A stretch of DNA of 32,000 nucleotides from Haloquadratum walsbyi C23. Lineage in GTDB: Archaea > Halobacteriota > Halobacteria > Halobacteriales > Haloferacaceae. The notes below the pieces were generated by a model. That model worked only from the letters and a program-made list of their open reading frames with translations. It was not told the origin of the DNA and made no database searches. The translations under genes and the position numbers were made by a program. This document shows positions 8,677 to 17,029 of this stretch, piece by piece. The stretch is from positions 1,740,001 to 1,772,000 of the forward strand of contig NC_017459.1 in the NCBI RefSeq assembly GCF_000237865.1, given 5' to 3'. Each line of letters starts with the position of its first letter. Positions within the stretch are counted from its first letter, which is position 1.

Positions 8677-10485
8677 TTACTCAAGTTGATGATAGTCGAG
8701 TTCGTGACCTTCATCGAGCGCGGCTTGGACAGCAGGACTTGGTGTATCGACTGATTCGGTCCACGTTCGCATGCCGCCAATATCGGCTTGTTCAACATAG
8801 ATATTTTTCTGCCATGATGACTCGGTTTCAGTATGATCGATCCGATAGTGGGCACCACGTGATTCAGTTCGCAGTGCAGCGCTTCGAAGAACTGATTCAG
8901 CGACAGTCAACATAAACCCAACATCAATAGCGAACTCAAAGGATTCACTTCCAACCGGACCGACATTCATGTTGCTGACCATTGATTGCACTCTTTCGAG
9001 TTCATCAATTCCTGATTCAATGGATGACTGATCGCGAAGCAAACGTGCATGCTCCCACATAAGCGTCTGAATTTCTTCAAAGACCGTCATCACATCATGC
9101 TCACCGTCAGCATTTGCCAACGAGCGTAGTTCGTCTAAATGTGGTTGGATAAGATTCTCACGCAGTGAGTGTGGGATTGTATTATTTGCGTCAGACCCTG
9201 TGACCCGATCAGCAATGCGATCACCGGTGACAGTACCGTATGCGACTGTCTCAGCAAGTGAATTCCCACCGAGTCGGTTCGCACCATGGACACCAGCCAT
9301 TGTCTCGCCGATAGCGAATAAATCATCAATATCTGTTTCGCCGTATTCATCGACTGAAACGCCACCCATTCCGTAATGTGAGGTCGGTGCGACCTCAACG
9401 GGATCCTCAGCGAGGTCAACACCGAGGTCCGCAAATCGCTGGTACATTCGTGGGAGTCGTTCTTCAATGAATGATGCATCTCGATGAGAGATATCAAGAT
9501 GAACGCCATCATTCTCTGTTCCTCTCCCCTCCGCAATTTCCTTTGCAATTGCCCGAGCAACGACGTCACGCGCATCCAATTCCATTTGATCAGGTGAGTA
9601 CCGTTCCATGAATCGCTCACCTTCACTATTATATAGCCGTCCTCCCTCACCGCGAACTGCTTCTGTTACAAGACGACCACTCCACTCAGCCCACTCAGAG
9701 TCACTCTCATCGACTGCCATTCCCGTCGGATGGAACTGGACAAACTCCATATCCATCAATGATGCACCAGCATCATACGCAAGTGCTGCACCATCGCCGT
9801 TATTTTCATCATCTCGTGAAGTATGACGACTATATGCTGCTGCATATCCTCCTGCAGCCAGCACTACCGTATTGGCATTAAATACAGTGAATTCACCAGT
9901 ATCAAGATCAATGCCAACAGCACCGTGCACAGAGTCCCCGTCGGAGATAAGACGAGTGATCATCGTGTTTTCTTCATATGGTATTTCAAGCTCTTGTGCT
10001 CGTGAAACGAGTGTATCAAGCAGCGATTCACCTGTATGATCACCTGCAAAGGCGGTGCGACGGAATGACTGCGCACCGAAGAACCGCTGATCAACTCCAC
10101 CATCCTCGGTTCGTGAAAAGTCCATTCCCCATTCATCGAGTTCACGCAGCCGATCTGGCATCTGCTGGGTTACAGTCTCAACTTTCTCTGGATCACAGAT
10201 AAAATGACCCTCATTGAGTGTGTCCGCAGCATGAATTGTCCAGTCGTCTTCTGGATCATGCGTTCCAAGCGCACCGTTGATACCACCACGTGCCCACGTT
10301 GTATGTGCATCGCCATGGCTACGTTTGCCTAAGACAAGTTGGTCATCAACCCCCTGTTGTGCGAGCTCAATTGCTGTCCGTGCACCAGCACCACCAGCAC
10401 CGATAATAAGTACAGAAACATCCGTTTGTTCGTATTCAATATCAGGATCAGATGATGATATAGACTGCATGGTCGTATCGGACAT
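8677..10485 (-). CDS. FAD-dependent oxidoreductase of the succinate dehydrogenase/fumarate reductase flavoprotein / L-aspartate oxidase family
   Basis: 602 aa. It has a Rossmann motif (VLIIGAGGAGARTA), then RSHGDAHTTWARGGING, FVQFHPTG, and C-terminal ESRGAHYRIDH. No Fe-S or membrane-anchor subunit gene is adjacent. Confidence 0.85.
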   Translation of the reverse strand: MSDTTMQSISSSDPDIEYEQTDVSVLIIGAGGAGARTAIELAQQGVDDQLVLGKRSHGDAHTTWARGGINGALGTHDPEDDWTIHAADTLNEGHFICDPEKVETVTQQMPDRLRELDEWGMDFSRTEDGGVDQRFFGAQSFRRTAFAGDHTGESLLDTLVSRAQELEIPYEENTMITRLISDGDSVHGAVGIDLDTGEFTVFNANTVVLAAGGYAAAYSRHTSRDDENNGDGAALAYDAGASLMDMEFVQFHPTGMAVDESDSEWAEWSGRLVTEAVRGEGGRLYNSEGERFMERYSPDQMELDARDVVARAIAKEIAEGRGTENDGVHLDISHRDASFIEERLPRMYQRFADLGVDLAEDPVEVAPTSHYGMGGVSVDEYGETDIDDLFAIGETMAGVHGANRLGGNSLAETVAYGTVTGDRIADRVTGSDANNTIPHSLRENLIQPHLDELRSLANADGEHDVMTVFEEIQTLMWEHARLLRDQSSIESGIDELERVQSMVSNMNVGPVGSESFEFAIDVGFMLTVAESVLRSAALRTESRGAHYRIDHTETESSWQKNIYVEQADIGGMRTWTESVDTPSPAVQAALDEGHELDYHQLE

Positions 10486-10704
10486 ACGTTATCTATGTAT
10501 AGAGGATTAATAAGCCCGTCGCGCGCGTGCGTGAGAAACTGAGTTCGGTGATCTTAATATACTAATATTTACTATTCATCATAGCGTGTTATTGATGATT
10601 TATATGTAAGCCGTCCACAGATAAATATGCAGTACTGATAGTATATAATAAATCAGAAAAACAACATATAAATGTGGTTGTAGTATCATAACTCAAAAAT
10701 ATCA

Positions 10705-11211
10705 ATGTACAGAAAAGGTCATTATGGTGCGTCATTGCTGGCATACGCTCCGGTTGGATGTCTCACTATTATTGCTGGATTCGATGTAGCAGCAGTCCTT
10801 GGAGGAGTATTAACACTGGCAATTGCACCGCTTCCAGATTATGATACACAGATTGATACTCTTACACATCGTGGCGTGACACATACAATCAGCTTTGCTG
10901 TTCTGACTGGCTGTCTTGTTGCAGTTTTGACCACAATTGCTGTGATGTTTGCTGATGCGCGTATCGCTTCAATACTTATATCAATTCCATTCGGATTTGT
11001 TATTGGACTGACTGGTATTCTTTCACATATTGCGGCAGACGCACTCACACCGATGGGAGTAAGACCGTTTGGGGAGGATGGTACTCACTATTCATTGGAG
11101 TTGGTATCCGCAAAAAATACAATAGCAAATTACCTGCTGCTTGTTGCTGGCATTGTTGCATCATTCGTTGCTATCGTCATTGGAGATGCAATCCGAAATA
11201 TCATTATCTGA
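10705..11211 (+). CDS. membrane-bound metal-dependent hydrolase (DUF457/YdjM-like)
   Basis: 168 aa with several TM spans plus HRGVTHT and SHIAADALTPMG motifs, which are typical of the DUF457 family. Confidence 0.7.
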   Translation: MYRKGHYGASLLAYAPVGCLTIIAGFDVAAVLGGVLTLAIAPLPDYDTQIDTLTHRGVTHTISFAVLTGCLVAVLTTIAVMFADARIASILISIPFGFVIGLTGILSHIAADALTPMGVRPFGEDGTHYSLELVSAKNTIANYLLLVAGIVASFVAIVIGDAIRNIII

Positions 11212-11304
11212 TGATCATCTCTCATCGATACACACCAGTGTTCGGTAGAGGTAATCGAGAATCACCAGTATGTTCTAGCAGTACAGATCTATGATCGCCT
11301 CTAA

Positions 11305-11706
11305 CTAGGTTCGTCTCCCTGCTCGTTTTAATACCCATGGCACAACGGTGATCTCAACCGCAACAACAAGAAATAGCACGTTACGAGTGATGCCGGGGTC
11401 AAGAAATAAGAAGCCAACTGCAAGGATAATAACTGCGTTTACTGCCGGTAACCCATAATGCACAAGCGGATTTCGTAGTACATTAGATTGTCCTGACATT
11501 GCACTACATTTAGAAATCTCCATCGATGATAAATTTGCGGTCGCGACATCACTGTCTGTAACGGTCTGATAGCGATCAGGAACATACAAAGATGATATTC
11601 GGTGTAAACTACCCTGCTTGCTCAACGGATGACGCCGCTTTCTCGGGTCAGGAGTTTTTAGCTTCCTGTTTCGATGACGTGACTTGCAGACATCCAATAT
11701 GTTCAT
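11305..11706 (-). CDS. hypothetical small membrane protein; start uncertain
   Basis: The C-terminal 64 aa (from the ATG at 11499: MSGQSNVLRNPLVHYGLPAVNAVIILAVGFLFLDPGITRNVLFLVVAVEITVVPWVLK) form a 2-TM hairpin. The upstream part of the ORF is very basic, which is atypical for a halophile, so the short form may be the real gene. Confidence 0.35.
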   Translation of the reverse strand: MNILDVCKSRHRNRKLKTPDPRKRRHPLSKQGSLHRISSLYVPDRYQTVTDSDVATANLSSMEISKCSAMSGQSNVLRNPLVHYGLPAVNAVIILAVGFLFLDPGITRNVLFLVVAVEITVVPWVLKRAGRRT

Positions 11707-11786
11707 AAGAAAACACGGGATAATACACAATACTATTCACTCGATGTATTATTCGTTGTTAGCAGCCTTTTGTGAACATATATTCA

Positions 11787-11900
11787 TCATAATTCACCGT
11801 TGAGCTTCCGTTCAAAACACTGCGGACATAAATCGACCTCACCTGGTAATAATTGAAGCTCTGTGTATGATTTATTACACTCATAACAAATTGTGTTCAT
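11787..11900 (-). CDS. small zinc-finger protein (37 aa, CxxC...CPxC)
   Basis: Below the track cut-off. The reverse complement reads ATG AAC ACA ATT TGT TAT GAG TGT ... TGT CCG CAG TGT TTT ... TGA, which is MNTICYECNKSYTELQLLPGEVDLCPQCFERKLNGEL. This is the pattern of haloarchaeal CPxCG-type micro-proteins. Confidence 0.5.
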   Translation of the reverse strand: MNTICYECNKSYTELQLLPGEVDLCPQCFERKLNGEL

Positions 11901-12339
11901 ATGAAATGTATTGAGGTTGCTCCTGTATAGATTGGTTGGTCAGATGTATTTGATATATTCGGGAATTACCTGTTAGAACGACGCTTATCAGTAAGCTCTT
12001 TATATGGACACGAAACGCGGCAGAGATGAAATTGCTGGTCTTAATGAAGATGTCTAACTCCAGGACAATCTGGCAATTAATCTGTCTTGTGTGAACGTGA
12101 GCTAGTTTTTGACGAGATTCCAGTCAACGGTCCGCGCTGCATAATAATCTGCGTGCGGTTCTTTGCTGCACTCTCAACACTCGCACTCATGTTCGTCTTC
12201 ATCCCGTATTCAGTAATCGCTTATTTGTAGCAGTCAGTACCTGCGGAAGATTGGGTGTAGGGTCGGCAGAATAACGAACTGACACCTGTGATCAGAGAGG
12301 ATCGAAACGACGAGTATTCGCTTCTACAGATGATCGTTC

Positions 12340-12790
12340 AGTAATTAACGATTACGAGGCTAAGTCCTCTTCCTCAAGCAGAGTGAAACGAGCGAGTAGG
12401 GAGGGGATACCGCTTGCATTATCTTGCCAAGAGATAATTAACATATGCTTTCTCGTACTAAATTGTAACGAGCAGTATTCATCAGACTGACTTAGAATGG
12501 GATACTAACCACGGTCAGCCTGAGTTATCATTGTCACTATTGAGTAGGGCTGGGGCAGTCCGACTCCGAGCGTCGGTGGAGACTGGTATCACTGTGGATA
12601 TGCGTCATCCAGACGTACCACTTGCAAATACCGTCACAAAAGCAGAAAGTCTGATGCGAGAACACGGAAGCCCCACCCTCAACGGAGCGATAGCGGAGTA
12701 TGGTGGGGTAGTTCACACTGCGTTTACTATGATTTGACTCACATTAACCTGGGGAATCGCTTCAGAGTCAGACCCTGGGAATGCTCGTTG
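12340..12790 (+). mobile_element. two decayed IS1341/TnpB 3'-tail remnants with no intact gene
   Basis: 12375-12415 (agtgaaacgagcgagtagggaggggataccgcttgca, SETSE.VGRGYRLH) parallels the tail at 14200-14245 (VSEVGLGRLH). Track ORF 12531-12737 contains ...SVETGITVDMRHPDVPLANTVTKAESLMREHGSPTLNGAIAE, which resembles the conserved TnpB C-tail (TPVETALP...SAKRVVEAGSPTLNE). Confidence 0.4.
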
Positions 12791-12839
12791 CATCCTATAA
12801 AATAAGCATCATACATTATATGGCGGATACATGTTGAGC

Positions 12840-13430
12840 CTACCAATCATGATCAATATATGCTTCCTCGTTACGGTCACTGACAAGATTGATAGCCGCT
12901 TTGGCACCATCGCCAATTGCAACTGCCGTCTGGTACTCCCATGTATTCGCTAATCCAGCGACGTATATGTTATCACTTGCTTGATTAGCATCATCTGTTT
13001 GAATATGTTTTTCCATTGTGAACTCTCCTTCCGGTCCATCTACATATTCAATTTCGTCATCCAGTGGAGTAAGCATGTCAAACTCGTTCGCTGTTGCGAT
13101 AATGACCGCTTCACTTCGATATGAATCATCGGATTCTGTTGTGACAGTGAACGGTCCAGGCATATCCTCACGGTCAAGACGCGTTACTGTTGCCTTCTCG
13201 ATATTACCGTCAAATTCCATAACCCGCTCACGACCACTCTTAATGATCTCATCGCCCGCAATTCGCTCCTCTGTGAGGAGATTTTGAATCTTATCTGTAT
13301 TACTGACTAGTGGATTGCCATCGTCCAATACAACTGTTTCGAGTCCAGCCTTTGCGGTGAATACAGCAGCCTGCAATCCAGCAACGCCACCTCCAATAAC
13401 GAGGACATCGTGCATATGATGTAATACCAT
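12840..13430 (-). CDS. FAD-dependent pyridine nucleotide-disulfide oxidoreductase, short thioredoxin-reductase-like form
   Basis: 196 aa with an N-terminal dinucleotide fold (HDVLVIGGGVAGLQAAVFTAKAGLETVVLDD) and a C-terminal NIYVAGLAN...AIGDGAKAA motif. No CxxC redox pair was seen. Confidence 0.75.
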   Translation of the reverse strand: MVLHHMHDVLVIGGGVAGLQAAVFTAKAGLETVVLDDGNPLVSNTDKIQNLLTEERIAGDEIIKSGRERVMEFDGNIEKATVTRLDREDMPGPFTVTTESDDSYRSEAVIIATANEFDMLTPLDDEIEYVDGPEGEFTMEKHIQTDDANQASDNIYVAGLANTWEYQTAVAIGDGAKAAINLVSDRNEEAYIDHDW

Positions 13431-13686
13431 TCAAACGTCCTATGTCTTCTCCATGTCTATTTTCTATCTCATATGAACATCACCTGTGGAAACTGCGATT
13501 GCTGTAGACCCAATTACGACATCTGCAAGTCGCATCGTTGACGCAGGAAATTGAAAGATCCTGCCTCATACAGCGAGTGGCGAAGCCCTGAATGAGTATA
13601 TATGCATAATTCCTGCGATAGATACAGCCCAGGGGTCGGTTTGTCTCTCGTGTTCTGAATATAAGATTATGGTTGTTAACCGGTAG

Positions 13687-14163
13687 TACATCCATACGAT
13701 CGTCAACGAGATTGTTGATGAGGCGGTTGACCACGGCTGCGACGTGATCGTGTTCGAGGAGTTGACTGATATTCGGGAGCGACTGCTACACGCAGACTGG
13801 CATCACATCTGGGCATTCGGTCATCTCGTCGAGTACGTTGAGTACAAAGCGCCAGAACGCGGTGTGGCGGCTGAACAGGTCGAACCCGACCACACGAGCC
13901 AGTGGTGCTCACACACCGACTGTGGGCTTACTCACGAGGACAACCGCGACGGTGAGCGGTTCCGATGTCTGAAGTGTGGGTACGAAATCACCGCAAACTA
14001 CAACGGCGCGAAAAACATCGGACTACGATATGTGTCGAGGCGACAGCACAGACCGCGTTCCTCGCCCACGTCGAGGGGCGCAGACGCACCAATAGATGTG
14101 CGTGTGAATGGTGGGATATGGATATTGAATGGCGACGGCTATCGGTCAACCGCTGACAGGTGA
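13687..14163 (+). pseudogene. IS1341-type transposase / TnpB, C-terminal fragment (RuvC-II/III plus zinc finger)
   Basis: The frame is open from just after the TAG at 13684. It reads [33 protein letters not shown]...[76 protein letters not shown]. This is the canonical TnpB C-terminal half, but about 260 N-terminal residues are missing. The usual ADYNAAKNI Asp is Asn here ([10 protein letters not shown]). The segment is GC-rich relative to its flanks. Confidence 0.85.
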
Positions 14164-14245
14164 TCGCTGGGAATCCAGATCAAAGCCCCATCCCTCACTG
14201 AGCGAACCGCGTATGCGGTGAGCGAAGTAGGGTTGGGTCGTTTAC
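14164..14245 (+). ncRNA. candidate orphan omega-RNA / right-end scaffold of the truncated TnpB element
   Basis: The structured tail gaatccagatcaaagccccatccctcactgagcgaaccgcgtatgcggtgagcgaagtagggttgggtcgtttac lies directly after the TnpB stop. It ends in gtcgtttac, as the motif at 5285-5292 does. Assigning it as an RNA is an inference from how TnpB elements are organised. Confidence 0.35.
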
Positions 14246-14288
14246 ATGAGGACGAGATACTGATATGTGGGGATGTGCATAACCCAAT

Positions 14289-14489
14289 ATGAGTGTTTTG
14301 CGGCAGACGTATTATCGGTTAGATAATTGGGTACGTGGACTCTCTCGAGTAAGATATGCGATTCTTGTCGGAGTCGTCTCAGCAGTGGGAGTCTGGATTG
14401 TATCCCTATTTACAAATAGTTTAAATCTGTTTTATGCCGTTGCATTGGGCGTATCAAATATCATTGTATTTTATTGGTTCAATCCTTGA
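14289..14489 (+). CDS. hypothetical small membrane protein (2 TM)
   Basis: 66-aa ORF with two clear hydrophobic spans (YAILVGVVSAVGVWIVSLF; LFYAVALGVSNIIVFYWF). No family was recognised. Confidence 0.4.
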   Translation: MSVLRQTYYRLDNWVRGLSRVRYAILVGVVSAVGVWIVSLFTNSLNLFYAVALGVSNIIVFYWFNP

Positions 14490-14628
14490 TACTTCTCTGT
14501 AGATCACCGAGGGTTCGAAAAGAGTGGGATAACCAGTAGCCTCTGTCTCCCCGAGTGGAACGACCCAGTGCCTGGCTGAACAGGCAATGGGATTTCGATC
14601 TACGCAGAGATCAAATCTCCATCTATCG

Positions 14629-15282
14629 CTAACATTCAGTGGTGTTGGTACACTGACACCCGCTTTCATCAAGAAATGCTGCTGGCGACCATCGTTCACC
14701 ACAGTCTTGACATGTGATCCACACAGCAACATCCACATCATATGAGCCATCAGTAACCACATTTTTTCGGGTCCATTGGTCAATATTGTTTGTCACGATG
14801 GCTCTCAGGCGATTTGCAAGCTTCTGAATCGGTTCAAGACTTGATGTTGGATCCTGAGTTGTCTCTTGAGACTTCCGAGAAATGTTTCTGTCACGTTTGA
14901 AATAATTATAGACTGATTGATATGATATCAAGCTTGATTCAAGATGATTAATATCAATTCCTTTATGTTTGAGATTCTGTCGAGTTTCAGTTCGCTCCCC
15001 CATAGTAACATCGTCATCGGTGAGAAGTCGACGAATATTCTCAGCTTCTCCATCAAGTAATGTGAGTGAGTCATCGACTGCGGCATGGATGAGACGATTA
15101 TTTACCCGATCGGCCAAATCACGGAGACTCTCGCGTTCATATCCGTTTTCTCCCAGCCATCGAAAAACCAGCTCATCTCCTAATCCTGAAAGATCATACT
15201 CATCGGCTATTCGCTCAATTTTTGACCCCTTACCTCCGCGGCGAGATGCGGATGAATACTCCTTTCGAATCTGCTTACTCAT
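14629..15282 (-). CDS. conserved haloarchaeal protein, tentatively rod-determining-factor RdfA-like
   Basis: 217 aa. The segment KIERIADEYDLSGLGDELVFRW....SLRDLADRVNNRLIHAAV......LDGEAENIRRLLTDDDVTMGERTETRQNLKHKGIDINHLESSLISYQSVYNYF, plus the C-terminal Cys cluster VWITCQDCGERW...ESGCQC, matches my memory of the RdfA family layout. The coding call is solid; the family assignment is only moderately certain. Confidence 0.6.
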   Translation of the reverse strand: MSKQIRKEYSSASRRGGKGSKIERIADEYDLSGLGDELVFRWLGENGYERESLRDLADRVNNRLIHAAVDDSLTLLDGEAENIRRLLTDDDVTMGERTETRQNLKHKGIDINHLESSLISYQSVYNYFKRDRNISRKSQETTQDPTSSLEPIQKLANRLRAIVTNNIDQWTRKNVVTDGSYDVDVAVWITCQDCGERWSPAAFLDESGCQCTNTTEC

Positions 15283-15595
15283 TCTCTATAGTTATTTTAC
15301 ATATAGAATAATTAGAATTGCGTGGACATATGTCCATAGTGTCAAGTATATTTTATCAACTAGTTTGATCGTCTGATGCGTGTGTTCTGAAACACGGATA
15401 CAGTATGTTCAGGTGAACTACTCCGCGCCACCGTTTGCGCAGGGAACTCGCACTAATTTCCATTTAAACTTCGGTAGTCCGTTCGACCCATTTCTTCTAT
15501 GGACTTTGTTAACACAATGGATATTCATCTACGCTTGTGGTTCATGCCACTCAATTCGTGTAAGTCAAATTGTCAAAAAGAGCCCCAGATTGGGA

Positions 15596-15670
15596 TGCTC
15601 CGTTTGGGATTTGAACCCAAGTCCTTGCCGTGAGAGGGCAAGATGATTGGCCGGACTACACCAACGGAGC
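15596..15670 (-). tRNA. tRNA-Glu (anticodon CUC)
   Basis: The reverse complement GCTCCGTTGGTGTAGTCCGGCCAATCATCTTGCCCTCTCACGGCAAGGACTTGGGTTCAAATCCCAAACGGAGCA folds as a cloverleaf. It has a 7-bp acceptor stem (GCTCCGT/ACGGAGC), an anticodon stem TTGCC/GGCAA with loop CT-CTC-AC, a T arm TTGGG-TTCAAAT-CCCAA and discriminator A. CCA is not encoded. Confidence 0.9.
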
Positions 15671-15694
15671 TGGCTATATCCAATAATCTGCTGG

Positions 15695-15705
15695 AATAAA
15701 TAAAA
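15695..15705 (-). promoter_or_regulatory. candidate TATA box for tRNA-Glu
   Basis: The minus strand reads ttttatttatt, 25-35 nt upstream of tRNA position 1. The spacing is typical for archaeal promoters. This is a sequence-only guess. Confidence 0.3.
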
Positions 15706-15814
15706 CGATTCCGTTTCGAGAAAGTCACATGCAGAGAGAGCTTCGTTTGATGGGTTCACCGGAAAGATACATATGATTCCTGTGCCACCTGCAATGCGAA
15801 CTATGCCGCTTGAG

Positions 15815-16543
15815 ATGACACTCGAAAATCAGACAGCAGTAATCACTGGTGGGAGTTCAGGAATCGGCGCAGCAACAGCAAAGCGTTTTGCTGCGGCTGG
15901 TGCTGATGTTGCATTACTCGCCAGACGCGAAGAGCGCCTCAATGAACTCGCTGAAGAATTGACACTCGAGTATGAGACTGAGACGCTTACCGTGCCAACA
16001 GATGTTCGAGACGCGACTGCGGTTGAGGCAGCGATTGAGGCAACTGTTGAACGATTCGGCGGGATTGACGTTGCTGTTGCCAATGCAGGACTTGCTCGTG
16101 GGAGTGATATCGAATCAATGTCAACAGAATCATATCGAGCAATGATGGACACGAATGTCGATGGAGCGTTTTTCTTCACCAGAGCGGCTCTTACTCATCT
16201 TCGTGATAGTAAGGGAACAATTGTCTTTGTCGGAAGTTTCGCCGGTGAGTATCCACGACCGTTTAATCCAGTATATGCCGCCTCAAAATGGTGGATCCGA
16301 GGATTCGCAAAGAGTGTTGCTGCGCAAGTTGGTGACACGGGAGTTGGAGTCAGTATTATCAATCCATCGGAGGTTCGCACGGAATTCGATGTTGAGGGAG
16401 AGCAGTTCACAGATCGATTCGAACAGGGTGAGGTAACCGAGCCTGAGGAGGTCGCAGAGGCGATTACCTTCGCTGCTGCACAGGAGTATTCAACGATTCA
16501 GGAACTCGATATCTATCGCCGAGATAAATACACGGGATGGTGA
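15815..16543 (+). CDS. SDR-family (short-chain dehydrogenase/reductase) oxidoreductase
   Basis: MTLENQTAVITGGSSGIGAATAKRFAAAGADVALLARR contains the TGxxxGIG motif, and NAG and YAASK (YxxxK) motifs follow. The track ORF begins at 15773. The ATG at 15815 gives the usual spacing before the Gly motif. Confidence 0.85.
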   Translation: MTLENQTAVITGGSSGIGAATAKRFAAAGADVALLARREERLNELAEELTLEYETETLTVPTDVRDATAVEAAIEATVERFGGIDVAVANAGLARGSDIESMSTESYRAMMDTNVDGAFFFTRAALTHLRDSKGTIVFVGSFAGEYPRPFNPVYAASKWWIRGFAKSVAAQVGDTGVGVSIINPSEVRTEFDVEGEQFTDRFEQGEVTEPEEVAEAITFAAAQEYSTIQELDIYRRDKYTGW

Positions 16544-16599
16544 ATTCCCTCAAAATTGAGTGAAATACCAATGATATCCGCTAGCTGTTTCAGCATTTT

Positions 16600-16680
16600 C
16601 GAGGTGGAGCCTCCGGCCTCAAGAAGCGAACAGAGTGAGCGAGTAGACCGGAAGAGGAACCCGACATGCTACGACACAAC
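16600..16680 (+). repeat. TnpB-element tail-like remnant at the left border of the high-GC island
   Basis: gaggtggagcctccggcctcaagaagcgaacagagtgagcgagtagaccggaagaggaacccgacatgc shares the ...gtgagcgagtag... and ...gaggaacc(c/t)gaca... strings with the tails at 12375-12415, 14200-14245 and 4029-4043. Confidence 0.3.
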
Positions 16681-16759
16681 CGGGTTACTCCGACTACCTA
16701 ACTACCAAACAGATAATAACCGTTGGAAGCATATATGAAATACATAGTGCCGGCGTACC

Positions 16760-16990
16760 GCACCTGTCAAACTCGTCGTTGCCGACGAGCACCGCGACGA
16801 CCTCCACGAATCCGCCCGGCAGTTCCTTCACTGCGCCAACCGTGCCGCCGAGTTCTGTTGGTCCGACACCTCCTACACCGAGTGCGTCACCGCTAACACG
16901 ACCGCGCGAGACGCGCTCTACGACGACGACCTCCGCGGTGAAAGAAGTTTCTAAACCCTGCGGCTGGTGGACCGAGGCGACGATTTTATT
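16760..16990 (-). pseudogene. possible decayed fragment of a zinc-type (MDR) alcohol dehydrogenase
   Basis: The minus frame reads ...RVSGDALGVGGVGPTELGGTVGAVKELPGGFVEVVAVLVGNDEFDR. This loosely follows the MDR nucleotide-binding pattern (GD.V.V.G.GP.GL....A...GA..V..vd). It is GC-rich and has no credible start or N-terminal domain. Weak call. Confidence 0.25.
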
Positions 16991-17029
16991 CACATCTCGC
17001 TACCCACTGTTAGGTAGGTGTTTACAGCC

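Noticed and set aside
9135-9650. 171-aa minus ORF and several plus-strand ORFs (9608-10202, 10277-10510) within 8677-10485
   Set aside because: They are embedded in the 602-aa flavoprotein gene in other frames or on the other strand, and they have non-halophile composition.
12531-12737. 68-aa ORF as a real gene
   Set aside because: It uses a non-ATG start, and its sequence is best explained as the decayed C-terminal tail of a TnpB gene (…KAESLMREHGSPTLNG…).
4128-14163. The idea that the TnpB N-terminal fragment (4128-4575) and C-terminal fragment (13687-14163) are two halves of one gene split by a 9-kb insertion
   Set aside because: The fragments are not contiguous in protein terms: roughly residues 1-148 versus about 260 to the end, with about 110 residues missing. 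I saw no matching direct repeats at 4575 and 13687. The interval contains ordinary-looking chromosomal genes in both orientations. Independent remnants are more parsimonious.
13440-15670. A tRNA-Glu-targeted integrated element (TnpB fragment, small membrane gene and RdfA-like gene lying 3' of the tRNA)
   Set aside because: By eye I could not find a second copy of the tRNA 3' segment (tgctccgtttgggatttgaaccc) to serve as the distal att site, and there is no integrase gene. This stays unsupported unless a repeat search finds the duplicate.
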